From: an uncultured Streptococcus sp.
Lineage (GTDB): Bacteria > Bacillota > Bacilli > Lactobacillales > Aerococcaceae
Reading direction: 5' to 3'
DNA length: 57,216 bases
Assembly: GCA_963526005.1 (NCBI GenBank)
Contig: CAURMP010000001.1
Coordinates: 1-57,216 of the forward strand
Below the pieces are notes generated by a model. The model searched no databases. It was not told the DNA's origin and saw only the letters and a list, made by a program, of their open reading frames with translations. Position numbers and translations under genes: made by a program. Positions 1 through 9,789 of this stretch are shown piece by piece. Positions within the stretch are counted from its first letter, which is position 1, and every line of letters begins with the position of its first letter.

Positions 1-212
1 TTCATCGCAGTTGCTTGAATCTGTGCGAGTTCAACAGCATCCATGACCTCACTAGTGTCACCCATGACACGAGCTAAGAGTTCAGGAGTATTGTAGTCAT
101 TGTCCTTGTCCCATTGCCACCACTTGTCGTAGTCATCGAAAGGGTTGTAAGGATTGTCGAGTGTTGTTAACATTACATCAACAACAGTTGTCTGTGCTTG
201 ATAGTCTTCCAT
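1..212 (-). CDS. Conserved phage hypothetical protein, N-terminal part (continues across the junction into 57114-57216)
   Basis: ATG at 212 with GAAGGAG SD upstream; MEDYQAQTTVVDVMLTTLDNPYNPFDDYDKWWQWD...; open to position 1 and in frame with the window's right end. Confidence 0.8.
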   Translation of the reverse strand, partial: MEDYQAQTTVVDVMLTTLDNPYNPFDDYDKWWQWDKDNDYNTPELLARVMGDTSEVMDAVELAQIQATAM

Positions 213-230
213 GCCTTGCACTCCTTCCTA

Positions 231-2876
231 CTAGACTAGGTTCTGTATAGTAGAGACACCAACGCCAAGAGCCTCAGCTACTTCAGCATAGGTGTGACCC
301 TTCTTAAGCATAGACCTAGCTCTAGACGCATTAGCTAGGGACATAGCAGTCTCTTGTTTAGGAGTAGCCAGTTGTTTAACTCTATCACTGTCTGCAAAGC
401 GTAGTACATCAGTAAGCATCTTAGTACTAACAGCACCAGATTGAATCGCTTCCCACTCGTCATTCTCTATCTGAATCCTAGTCTTAGCACCATCAGCACC
501 AGTCTTAAGACGGGCTGCTGCAATAGCCTGTTGTTTAAGCTTCTTGAGTTGATCCTTCTGCATGTCAGGATCTCTCTTTTCAGCAATCACTTTGTTAGCT
601 ATTAGTTGCGCTTGTCTTTCTCTAGGAGAGTTAGCTAAAGCTAAGTTTAGCTTGTGTTGTAGAGATTCGACTTGTGTCTTGTACTTGACTTTAGCCTCTT
701 TGTTAACGACTAGATTAGGTGATGTCTGTACAACAGTGTTCGCCTTGTCACGCATCTTACCAAGGGCATTGATATAGTCACCATACATGTTTTCAATAGG
801 GGTGCCAGAACCTAGTTTCTTAGCGTCCTTAACTAATTCTACAACATGATCTGTAGAGATAGTTTTAGTCTTCTTGATAGTAGGCTTTAATCTAGGATTG
901 GCAGCTAGTTCCTCAGGAGACCTGTCCTTATACCAGGTTTCTAGGGTACGGTGTTCTGTCTTCGATCTAGAAATAAGAGTTGAAGCACCGCTTTTTATAT
1001 TACCAGAAATAACATCATAATGTTCTTGATATGTTTTTTTAAGATCCTTAATATTATGTTCTCTTTCTGAACGAGCAACATCCAAATTATGTTTCTCAGC
1101 ATCGATAACAACCATAGAATGTCGAACGGCTCTAGCAATTTCAGATTGAGAAGCTCCTTTTAAAGTCATATCAGTAATAAGATTCGAGACTTCACCCATC
1201 GTCTTTTGTTTTACTGTCCAGTTACCTTTTGAATCACGAGGTAATAACTTTTCATTAGGAGACCAATATTCTTTTGTATCAAAGTTCTTCAATTCTTTTA
1301 ATGAGCGACTAGTTTTAATTCCGTTTTTATTATTGGGAATAACCATAACTGTGTCACCATCAAAGTCGGCACCAGATAATTTACTTGCAACAGATGAATC
1401 AATACCGACTGCATCTTTTGCGCCCTTCATAAATTTAGCTGCGCCATTACCAAGTTTATTATTAACAGTTAATTCTGGTAATTCGAAAATACCACCATGA
1501 GGATAACGAACAAGAACAACCTTCTCACCATTCTTAAAGTTTGGTGCGTAAATTTCATTTGCTTTAATACCCGATAATGGTAATAAAACCTGACCTTTCA
1601 TTCTATCGAAACCAACTAGTTTCAAATTATGACGTTTGGTTGTAAGTCCATCAGCAAAGTCTTGCATCATTACTCGTTTAACTACAGGGTTTGTGAGATT
1701 ATTAATTTCATCAAACTCTTTTTGTAGTTTATCATAAGTGGCTTGGATCCTTCCCTTAACAAGAGCAGGTGGTTGTTTAGAAACAAACTGAGAAGATAAG
1801 GTCTTAGACCAAGTTCCCCAGTCACCTTCCTCATTTACTTTATTGATAGCACCTTTCTGTCCGTTAGGTTTGATTTGTGCACCAAATGGATTATCGGGAT
1901 CATCTTTAAGTTTCTTGAGTACATCTTGTTTAGAAGTTCCTTGATGTTTGTTGGTGTTGAATATGATGTCGACGCCTTTAGGGAAATCCTTAGGGTCACC
2001 ATAAACGGCCATACCTTTAAGATAATGTGTTCCACCTACACCAATACGAACTTGAGCGTAGCGAGAGCCATCTAGATCTAGACCTTTTGCTCCTGGACGA
2101 ATTTCCATAACACCATCTTTATCGGTACCACCTTGTTCAGCATAGCGAATATCAACACGCTTCCAATCAATATGTTCAATTGGTTTCAAACCTAATTTAG
2201 TATGACCATCTTCAGTCTTATAAATATTTGGTGGTTTGATTTCATGTTTATGTTCACGAACAATATCAGGATTTGATTCTTTGGTTAGGACTTTCATCTC
2301 AACCCAGTGATCATCGTTGGTAGCATTCTTAACATAAACTTTATGCATGTGATATCCATCGGATTCTAATTGTTGAACGGCACGTTTAAGCATGTTCTCA
2401 TTAATTCCAAGTTGTTGTGCTGCTCCCAAGCCTACGTCCAAATATGGATTCTCTTTAATTAAATCTTTCAAATCAGATTTAACTTGTTCCATACGATTGA
2501 CTTTCTGTTTGACAGAAGCGTCCATGTTCATACGAACTGTAGATTCAGGAATACCAGTTCTACGAGATATCTCAATAGAACCTAATCCCTGATCTGCTAG
2601 CTCTTGAATTCTGGAAATATTGTGTAAACGAATTTCTTGTTTAGCAATATTATTACGAGAACGGAATTCGGTTGTTGTAATACCAAGTTTCATTGAAATT
2701 TGAGTATCACTTAAACCATCCTTCCGATATTTTGCAACCTTGTCGGACCATGAAGTAGCCCGTTGATATGCATTCTCACCAGAACCCCATGCGTATCGTC
2801 CACTGTGTGGAACATTACCTTGGTGAGGAGTACCTCGGTGTAAGAGAATATCCTCATAAGCTTCTTGTAAATCCAT
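231..2876 (-). CDS. Single-subunit double-psi-beta-barrel RNA polymerase (YonO/cRdRP-like) with terminal HTH domains
   Basis: 881 aa; SGADFDGDTV catalytic motif preceded by VLVRYPHGG (R-x-P); HTH-like segments near the N-terminus (GLSDTQISMKLGI, GSIEISRRTGIPESTVR) and at the C-terminus (TYAEVAEALGVGVSTI). Confidence 0.8.
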   Translation of the reverse strand: MDLQEAYEDILLHRGTPHQGNVPHSGRYAWGSGENAYQRATSWSDKVAKYRKDGLSDTQISMKLGITTTEFRSRNNIAKQEIRLHNISRIQELADQGLGSIEISRRTGIPESTVRMNMDASVKQKVNRMEQVKSDLKDLIKENPYLDVGLGAAQQLGINENMLKRAVQQLESDGYHMHKVYVKNATNDDHWVEMKVLTKESNPDIVREHKHEIKPPNIYKTEDGHTKLGLKPIEHIDWKRVDIRYAEQGGTDKDGVMEIRPGAKGLDLDGSRYAQVRIGVGGTHYLKGMAVYGDPKDFPKGVDIIFNTNKHQGTSKQDVLKKLKDDPDNPFGAQIKPNGQKGAINKVNEEGDWGTWSKTLSSQFVSKQPPALVKGRIQATYDKLQKEFDEINNLTNPVVKRVMMQDFADGLTTKRHNLKLVGFDRMKGQVLLPLSGIKANEIYAPNFKNGEKVVLVRYPHGGIFELPELTVNNKLGNGAAKFMKGAKDAVGIDSSVASKLSGADFDGDTVMVIPNNKNGIKTSRSLKELKNFDTKEYWSPNEKLLPRDSKGNWTVKQKTMGEVSNLITDMTLKGASQSEIARAVRHSMVVIDAEKHNLDVARSEREHNIKDLKKTYQEHYDVISGNIKSGASTLISRSKTEHRTLETWYKDRSPEELAANPRLKPTIKKTKTISTDHVVELVKDAKKLGSGTPIENMYGDYINALGKMRDKANTVVQTSPNLVVNKEAKVKYKTQVESLQHKLNLALANSPRERQAQLIANKVIAEKRDPDMQKDQLKKLKQQAIAAARLKTGADGAKTRIQIENDEWEAIQSGAVSTKMLTDVLRFADSDRVKQLATPKQETAMSLANASRARSMLKKGHTYAEVAEALGVGVSTIQNLV

Positions 2877-2893
2877 TACAAATATGGTCCTTT

Positions 2894-3469
2894 CTATTTA
2901 GGTTTGTTCTCAAGAATCCCTGAAAATTCTTGAATGGTATGATATGCGTCGTATACATCTTCTGCGTCAGGAATATAAGTCTCAATGTTTTCACCTTGAT
3001 AAATACGTAACTCAAAGTCAGTCTTCTCAGGTTTAACACCATACTCTAAACAGAAATATGCTGCGTATACGAGGAGTTGTTCCATCTTTGGTTTAGTGAC
3101 ACCAGTTTTTAAATCATGAATCCTTAGAAATCCTCTCGGGTTATCTTTCTTAGGAGGGTCATAACGAATAGCGTCAGCTGTACCAAAAGCATACGGACTG
3201 TAAAATAACAATACTTCACTATCCATGTGATAACCAATTGCATCATTAACAAAATTTGCAACTGCAGGATGTGTGTGTCCTGGCAATAAGCGAATTCTAT
3301 GATTAATCGCGTGACTTGCAAATTCGTGTAACTCAGTACCTCTTTGCTTAGCTTTTTCATTCTCAAATCGCTCTACCAATTTCTCTGGTGTGTAGTGTAA
3401 CCAATGACATTGGCTAGCGCTAAGAAATGAATGCTTACCTTCGTACTCGATGTGTCTGTTCCATTTCAT
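2894..3469 (-). CDS. PD-(D/E)XK (Cas4/RecB-like) nuclease
   Basis: HSFLSAS, RGTELH, GTADAI, IHDLKTG and QLLVYA motifs. Confidence 0.75.
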   Translation of the reverse strand: MKWNRHIEYEGKHSFLSASQCHWLHYTPEKLVERFENEKAKQRGTELHEFASHAINHRIRLLPGHTHPAVANFVNDAIGYHMDSEVLLFYSPYAFGTADAIRYDPPKKDNPRGFLRIHDLKTGVTKPKMEQLLVYAAYFCLEYGVKPEKTDFELRIYQGENIETYIPDAEDVYDAYHTIQEFSGILENKPK

Positions 3470-3740
3470 CTAATACTAACTCCTTGTTCTCAGGATATAT
3501 GGTTCGAGCCCATCCACCAGCTTTGTTATACTTTTCCAAATAAAATTCTTGGTTTGGTTGATACGGTGCATTCGCACTTCTCTTAACTTCCAAGTGGTAA
3601 GAATATGCCCCAATGTCTACAGACAAGTCAGGGATACCTTGAATATGACCAGAGTCATTCTTTTTAACGATTGCATCAGGAAAACGTCCATGAATATCCT
3701 GAATTAATGTTCGTTGAAAATCTCTCTCAAGTTTGGACAT
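3435..3740 (-). CDS. VRR-NUC domain nuclease
   Basis: ERDFQ...GIPDL...LEVK...QPNQ pattern; likely start MSKLE at 3740. Confidence 0.8.
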   Translation of the reverse strand: MSKLERDFQRTLIQDIHGRFPDAIVKKNDSGHIQGIPDLSVDIGAYSYHLEVKRSANAPYQPNQEFYLEKYNKAGGWARTIYPENKELVLDEMEQTHRVRR

Positions 3741-4897
3741 GTTTGTTCTACCCAATTCCTTTCGTTAAATTTCTTTTTGCTAGATATGGATCTAGCGATA
3801 GCATCATCAATGGATGCCGGGGATTTCAAATATATGTAATACAGATCTGTAAAGGAGGTATTCACTCGGTTTATGCGACCTTCGGATTGTTCCATGATTC
3901 GGTAGGAGTAGTTCAATGAATAAAATAAGATTGTATCTGTCGTAATACAGTTCCATCCCTCGGCGCCTGCGGTGTATTGCACTAAATATACCCACGTTTC
4001 AGCATTTGGAATTGTTTCGTGCTTTTGACCGTTCCACTGATAAAATGCCCTATTTAATTCTTGACAAATCTCTTTGAGAATATCAAGTTCATAGGTGTAG
4101 TTGTAAAATATAATGATTCTATCACGAGTCATGATTTGTTGTCTAACATTCTCGCGTCGACGGTCGCTTGTATTAACAATGCGACGTAAGACTTGTGTAA
4201 ATTCAGAAGCGTTCATGATAGGCTCTTCCGTAAATGGATTGAACCGAGTATCAGTCACTTGTTTATACAAATCCTTATCGAACGAAGCATTAATATATTG
4301 TCTGTGTGTTCTAGTAGTTCTAAAGTCTTGCATTGGGACAGCAATATGTTGTCGCAATCGTTCGAGACGATCTGTCTCATGATATCGTTTGATCTGAGGG
4401 AACTTAGAATATGGATTGTACTCAACGTGTCTATCAACGAAATCTGTTTTGTTTCGGTAGAAGTTGTTCGCTAAGAATATACACATCCAATCCATCCACA
4501 CATCGCCTGGTGTTGCTGTTAGCATGATCCATTTGTTTCTTCGAGCAATCTTAATAAAAGATGTTCCCCATGAACCATAACCAATTGCTCGTTGTTCATC
4601 AAATAAAAAGAAAGCGTCTTTAACATCAAGATACTTTGTAATATTATTCCATGAATCAACAACACCTTCAATACCGAGCATCTCTAAGTCTCGGTGCCAT
4701 TCTTTATCATTTCGCTTTTTAGCTACTGTGATAATATACAGAGGCAAGTCTCTATGATTCTCCAAATAATAGAAAAGGCCAGTCAGGGATTTACCCGAAC
4801 CAACCTTTCCACATAAAACGGATCCATTGTGTAATCTATTTATGGCTTTACGCTGGTAATCATAAAGTTCTATCTCGTAACCGTTATTAGAAACCAT
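3704..4897 (-). CDS. Superfamily 2 DNA helicase (SNF2/DEAD-like)
   Basis: LYDYQ Q-motif, GKVGSGKS Walker A, FFLFDEQ Walker B, LTATPG motif III, QSEGRINR motif VI. Confidence 0.9.
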   Translation of the reverse strand: MVSNNGYEIELYDYQRKAINRLHNGSVLCGKVGSGKSLTGLFYYLENHRDLPLYIITVAKKRNDKEWHRDLEMLGIEGVVDSWNNITKYLDVKDAFFLFDEQRAIGYGSWGTSFIKIARRNKWIMLTATPGDVWMDWMCIFLANNFYRNKTDFVDRHVEYNPYSKFPQIKRYHETDRLERLRQHIAVPMQDFRTTRTHRQYINASFDKDLYKQVTDTRFNPFTEEPIMNASEFTQVLRRIVNTSDRRRENVRQQIMTRDRIIIFYNYTYELDILKEICQELNRAFYQWNGQKHETIPNAETWVYLVQYTAGAEGWNCITTDTILFYSLNYSYRIMEQSEGRINRVNTSFTDLYYIYLKSPASIDDAIARSISSKKKFNERNWVEQTCPNLREIFNEH

Positions 4898-5429
4898 ATT
4901 TACGACATAGTGGATTGTCTACCACGTGCACATATGCATTCTTAAGGTTAAGACGAGCATATTGTCCATCTGGGCTTGGGTCACGACGAGCAATCGTCAT
5001 ATCACAAGCTGCGATTTCCATATCATCCAACATACCAAGTTGGTCTTCATTTGTCAAATATGTACGTTCATGAGATTCAACAAGGTCGTCAGTTCCAAGT
5101 GCACCGTCATCATAAATGATTGCGACTGATGGCATACTGAATTGTGTATAAACACGGACTTTGAAGAAATATGTTGGGGTGTACATGTCTGGGTTTTCTT
5201 GCATTTTCAATTCTTGTTCTGGTGTAGATGCTTTTGGTTCGTATAGTTTCACATTGATACCATACTGTTGAAGCAATTCTACATCATCTGGTTTTACAGC
5301 GACGTTAAAATAACGGTCACCTGCTCGATTATACTTTCCTTCTGGTCGTCCAGAGAAGTTACGAGCAAATACGAATTGAACATCCTCAAGGATGAGTTGC
5401 GAGTTTGAAATTTGTGTGATCTGTGTCAT
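4887..5429 (-). CDS. Putative single-stranded DNA-binding protein
   Basis: FARNFSGRPEGKYNRAGDRYF motif recalled from the SSB-like family of this phage group; lies between the polymerase and helicase genes; SD AGAAAGGA before ATG 5429. Confidence 0.6.
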   Translation of the reverse strand: MTQITQISNSQLILEDVQFVFARNFSGRPEGKYNRAGDRYFNVAVKPDDVELLQQYGINVKLYEPKASTPEQELKMQENPDMYTPTYFFKVRVYTQFSMPSVAIIYDDGALGTDDLVESHERTYLTNEDQLGMLDDMEIAACDMTIARRDPSPDGQYARLNLKNAYVHVVDNPLCRKYGF

Positions 5430-5470
5430 AGTTATGTCCTTTCTATTCTGACGTGTGTCTGACTTTCCAC

Positions 5471-5517
5471 AAAAATAAAGAGAGGCGCAAAATTTCAAGA
5501 ATTTTGTTCTTCCTCTC
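5471..5517 (-). terminator. Hairpin plus U-tract starting immediately after promoter-motif copy 1
   Basis: AGAGAGG...CAAAATT-CTTGA-AATTTTG...CCTCTCT followed by TTATTTTT on the minus strand. Confidence 0.7.
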
Positions 5518-5542
5518 TATTATGTGCCATGGAATTCCTGCG
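5518..5542 (-). promoter_or_regulatory. Phage promoter-like motif, copy 1
   Basis: CGCAGGAATTCCATGGCACATAATA; matches the 25-bp consensus with a variant 3' end. Confidence 0.65.
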
Positions 5543-5562
5543 TGAGGTTTTCTAACATGAGA

Positions 5563-8500
5563 TTATGCGGACTCTGGTGTCTTAATTTTCAGAGTTCCGT
5601 GATTAATACTGATAGCTGTTGGAGAATATGACTCTTGCAATTCGAGAGCGTCAATATAATCTTTAGGCATATCGTCTACAATCTTCGTAATATCTCCAAC
5701 CTTCATTATTTTTTTCAATCCATCGATTGCTACTTTATCATAGTAAGCGAAGTCAACATCCTCGATATTGAACTGATCTGTCTGTTTGAACAAATATCCT
5801 TTTGTTCCAGTGACAGATTTAAAGTTCTCATCATCTTCGGTCCACATACATTCTGCTCCAGACTTGGATGCATAAATAGAACCGACCTTACCAACAAACT
5901 CATCACCAAGATAAATATGGCCTTTGGATTGTTTAGTGATAAAGAAATCTCTATCGACTAATTCTTCTTTGGTCCAAACCCGTTTAAGCAAATATGTATT
6001 CGCATACTCTGCTCCAACAGGAGACCAGCTGTCATCCTCGAGCTGCGCAATATAAACCGCGTTATTGATTAACGCCATTCGTTTGTACGTGTGCTCATGA
6101 ACAAATTTGTAATTATATTCTGGTCGCGCACCGAAGTCTTCAATGAACTTAATAATCTTCTCATCTGCGTTTGGAACTTTCACAGAGTCGGTCTTGATAT
6201 GACAGACTTTGTATCCTTGTTCTTCGACAGCAAATTTCAAGTCGACCATAAATAACGCTCCACGTTTTGCAACAATATTATCAATATTGTCTGGGTGTTT
6301 GAATTTATTATCAAACTTAGCAGAAGTCATTCCATATACGGAGTTGATAACAATCTTCAATGCAGTAACCAATGGTTTCAAATATTCAGGGTTGTCAAGG
6401 AACGGAGCCAAGACACCATCGAACATTTGTTTTACTTCATCAATCTTATTATGTTTCAATAAAACACGAACCTTCAATAAGTCAGCATACCTTTGAGTAT
6501 ATGGTCCGAAATAGTTCATGTTAACTAGTGAGTTTGGATGCATAGACTCAACGTCTTCTAGTGCAATATTTTCATACACTCCAGGCTCAGCATATACAAA
6601 TCCACCTTCACCAGTTTCGAATCCACGGTACGTTGATTTACCGAACTTATATTCATAACCAGCGAATAATTTATTGAGGTGTACATAGTTAAACTTATCT
6701 TGCGGACGAGGGTCATCACCAAATATAAACTTGGCAGTGAGTTGGTTGTTCGTTGCATTCATTGAACCTTTGGCGATTGTGGCCAAGATTTCTCGAGCAA
6801 CATAGTCCGCATAAATAGCATCGAATAATTTCTCAGTTGCATCCACGTCATTGACGCAGTATTCCACAACCGTATCAATCAATTCGTCAGGTACTGGTTT
6901 ATCCCAAGGGATTTCCATCTCGACGTGTTTGATACCCAAATCAACTTCCCAACGTTTCAACGATTGTTTCTTTTGAGAGTATTCGTAAATATCCGTGTAG
7001 CTCAATTCATAAGCTGCAGCATACATACCACTCTTCGCATTCTTCTCATTGATGATGCGATGTGACTGAGTAAATAACTCCATATTGTTTGAACCCAACA
7101 AGCGAGCATAAAGAATATGGTTATCGTATCGACGATTGTTAAATCCTACCAGAGGGAATGTCATCAAATATTCAATCTGATCTGGAGTTGGGTTAATCCA
7201 ACGAGTGAACTCATCTTCATGATACTTCTTCCAAACCACAACAAATAAATTCGGATACACCTCAATATCGAAGAACACCAATTCTTCTTTTGGATATATC
7301 TTTGTGAAGTTTGTGAGCTTCGCTTCTGTCTTCCCTTCATCGTCTCTCATGGTTGACCATGGAATTTGTTGAAATACAGCGAGACAGTAATCCTTGTTGT
7401 TCGTAGAGCGAATAGCTCTCATAAATACAGCATGACGCAAGTCTGTAATATCATACTCCAATCCCATGTCAGCTGCTTTCTGAATTTCATGCGCAATAAA
7501 ATCAATTGTTGGTTTAGTATTCGGATGACTTGGTTCTTTACCTTCAATCATTCCTAGTTGACGCTTTACAAAATTACGGAGCGTCTTTTCCGTATATGTG
7601 ATTTCTTTGATCTGGTCGTACATCTCTCTATCCTTCTTCTCCTTCAACGGTAAGCCCGACGAAATATGAGATAGCTGGAGGTTGTTAGATGCTTTATCAA
7701 TTCGTCGTAAAGAGGCTTTACCTCGATACACTTTGATTTCAATATTCTTTTCGACCAAATTATCCAGCTCATTCACGTTACCATCATAAATATAATGCAG
7801 GTGAATCCCTTGCCCAGATTTTGAGACCTCCGCATAAGTCGGTGGAAATTTAGAAGCTGCCTCTTTGTTCAACTCCAAATTCTTTTTACCGTTCTCATCC
7901 TTCAAATCAAAATCAATAATAACATGATTGAGTGGAACCTTGACCCAGTGTAATTTGTTTGTCTGAATATCCGACAGCTTGGTCACGACATTATCCCATT
8001 TCTCCGATGGGTTGCCATTTCTCAAAGCTGCTTGTGCTGGATAATCTGCTGCGAGTTTATTAAAGACCTCATTGTGGTGGTCGAACTCCAACCAATTATC
8101 AGGAACAACCGTATCATCCGCTTTCGTTGTACCAACGACTCCTTCAGGAAATGCGATGTTCCATCTAAACCCTTTAAAATAATTATTGACGCGGGTGCCA
8201 TCAACATGACTGTCTTTCAGCATCGTATCAAAATATCGAAGTGCTTCGCGTTTGATCGTTGCTTTGTATCCATCCGTCTTCCATCCCATGTCTTCCAAGT
8301 ACTCACGATATAACTCACTGATTTGTTTCAGTGTAATACCGTTTTGCATATGGATAGCATTGCTTCGAATGAAGTCAAAGATATGGTCAGTCTGTTCGGC
8401 CATGTCTACGTCGAAATAATCGTCATAATAATCAAATCCTAATTCTTCAAACCTACTAATAGCCATGTGAGCAATATAAGGCAGTTCATACTTAATCTGA

Positions 8501-9438
8501 CTCATCAGTTGATTATACTTTGTATGACTAACCTTCTGTCCACTTGGGTTCACAACAATAGCTCTTCGAGTAATACCCGAATCTACGTTACGAACTTTGT
8601 ATCGTTGGTTTGAGGCTGTAATTAACAACCCAATAAATTTAACGTCATAAGGCTCTTTGAATTTCTTGTTGACAGATATGGTTTCATGACTTGTCAATTT
8701 CAACAACGGAGTGTCGTTATAAATATGACTGATGTCCGTATCCTCGTCAATCAATAATGGAACCTCTTGTATTTGTCCTGTTGCAAATTGGTCTGCACTT
8801 GTCAGCAATTTCAAATCAATCGTTCCACAGTAATCTTCAAACAGCATTCGGAATATCTTTAGGACCGTTCCCTTACCGCTACCTTTCGAACCATACAAAT
8901 ACATGAACTTCTCAATCTTGTACATCTTGTTCGTAAATAACGCTCCCATGAACCAGAGGATTTTGTCTAGCTCTTTTGGAAGATACAATGTCCCTATCAA
9001 TTCCTTAAACGCAACCGCTTCTCCTTCTTGCGGTGAATAAGTCAATTGCGTTGTTGCGTAATCCCTTCGCTGCATCTTGTGATCAGCAAATAAAACTTTC
9101 TGGTTGAAAGAAATATCACTTGCTTCACAAGCTTTACAGAAATCTGCAAATAAACGAAACTTACCAGCAGATGCTTTACGAATCTCTTTTACATCTATTC
9201 GTAACCCAGGACGACCATCTTCCAATTCTCTTGCTCTACGCCAAAGCAAAGAGTCAATATCATAAAATAGGTTCTTCTGTTTCGTGTCCCAGAAACTTCC
9301 ATTCCAATATGCGTAAAACTTGGAACCTTTAACTACCAAGTCTTTTGCGTCGCCAAATATAAAGTCAGGAGAAACCTCATAATCGAGCGCTCGATTATTG
9401 GAAGTGAACTTTTTCACAGACACATCTAAAAAATCCAC
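5563..9438 (-). CDS. Fused SF3 (D5-like) helicase / AEP primase / 3'-5' exonuclease / family B DNA polymerase
   Basis: GSKGSGKGT Walker A; VIIDFDLKD and SKSGQGIHLHY (AEP); FFDIEVYPN, GFNNRRYD and YCVNDV (Exo I-III); DVESMHPN, KIVINSVYG and IKTDS (PolB motifs A-C). Confidence 0.9.
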   Translation of the reverse strand: MDFLDVSVKKFTSNNRALDYEVSPDFIFGDAKDLVVKGSKFYAYWNGSFWDTKQKNLFYDIDSLLWRRARELEDGRPGLRIDVKEIRKASAGKFRLFADFCKACEASDISFNQKVLFADHKMQRRDYATTQLTYSPQEGEAVAFKELIGTLYLPKELDKILWFMGALFTNKMYKIEKFMYLYGSKGSGKGTVLKIFRMLFEDYCGTIDLKLLTSADQFATGQIQEVPLLIDEDTDISHIYNDTPLLKLTSHETISVNKKFKEPYDVKFIGLLITASNQRYKVRNVDSGITRRAIVVNPSGQKVSHTKYNQLMSQIKYELPYIAHMAISRFEELGFDYYDDYFDVDMAEQTDHIFDFIRSNAIHMQNGITLKQISELYREYLEDMGWKTDGYKATIKREALRYFDTMLKDSHVDGTRVNNYFKGFRWNIAFPEGVVGTTKADDTVVPDNWLEFDHHNEVFNKLAADYPAQAALRNGNPSEKWDNVVTKLSDIQTNKLHWVKVPLNHVIIDFDLKDENGKKNLELNKEAASKFPPTYAEVSKSGQGIHLHYIYDGNVNELDNLVEKNIEIKVYRGKASLRRIDKASNNLQLSHISSGLPLKEKKDREMYDQIKEITYTEKTLRNFVKRQLGMIEGKEPSHPNTKPTIDFIAHEIQKAADMGLEYDITDLRHAVFMRAIRSTNNKDYCLAVFQQIPWSTMRDDEGKTEAKLTNFTKIYPKEELVFFDIEVYPNLFVVVWKKYHEDEFTRWINPTPDQIEYLMTFPLVGFNNRRYDNHILYARLLGSNNMELFTQSHRIINEKNAKSGMYAAAYELSYTDIYEYSQKKQSLKRWEVDLGIKHVEMEIPWDKPVPDELIDTVVEYCVNDVDATEKLFDAIYADYVAREILATIAKGSMNATNNQLTAKFIFGDDPRPQDKFNYVHLNKLFAGYEYKFGKSTYRGFETGEGGFVYAEPGVYENIALEDVESMHPNSLVNMNYFGPYTQRYADLLKVRVLLKHNKIDEVKQMFDGVLAPFLDNPEYLKPLVTALKIVINSVYGMTSAKFDNKFKHPDNIDNIVAKRGALFMVDLKFAVEEQGYKVCHIKTDSVKVPNADEKIIKFIEDFGARPEYNYKFVHEHTYKRMALINNAVYIAQLEDDSWSPVGAEYANTYLLKRVWTKEELVDRDFFITKQSKGHIYLGDEFVGKVGSIYASKSGAECMWTEDDENFKSVTGTKGYLFKQTDQFNIEDVDFAYYDKVAIDGLKKIMKVGDITKIVDDMPKDYIDALELQESYSPTAISINHGTLKIKTPESA

Positions 9439-9439
9439 T

Positions 9440-9789
9440 AAATTCTACCTCCTTGTGCTGCACACAGTTTTTGCCCTCGATTCCCTATTGTTATTATATA
9501 CAGTTCACTTTTCAACTCATCCCTAATAACAATAGAAAATGGGAGATTTTCCTGTGCGATTTCGGGTTTTTTAAGTTTTCCCCATGTTTTTTCGTGCAGT
9601 TTCACTCAATTTACCTCAAATATTATAGTACTCTAAGTACCTGCACAAAAAATTTTCATGTGTTGAAGCCGATTTTTCGGGCAGCAAAATGAGGCAAAAC
9701 CAGCAGTTTTCCTAAAATATCCAGGCAATTCTACCATAATATCATAGGATTTTCTCCCAATTTCACCCCATAAAACACCCGTTTCGACC
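9440..9789. other. Large non-coding gap, candidate replication origin
   Basis: ~350 bp with no plausible gene, directly upstream of the replicase; 12-bp inverted repeat ctattgttatta (9485-9496) / taataacaatag (9524-9535); several gtgc/gcac-centred short repeats and T/A tracts. Confidence 0.5.
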
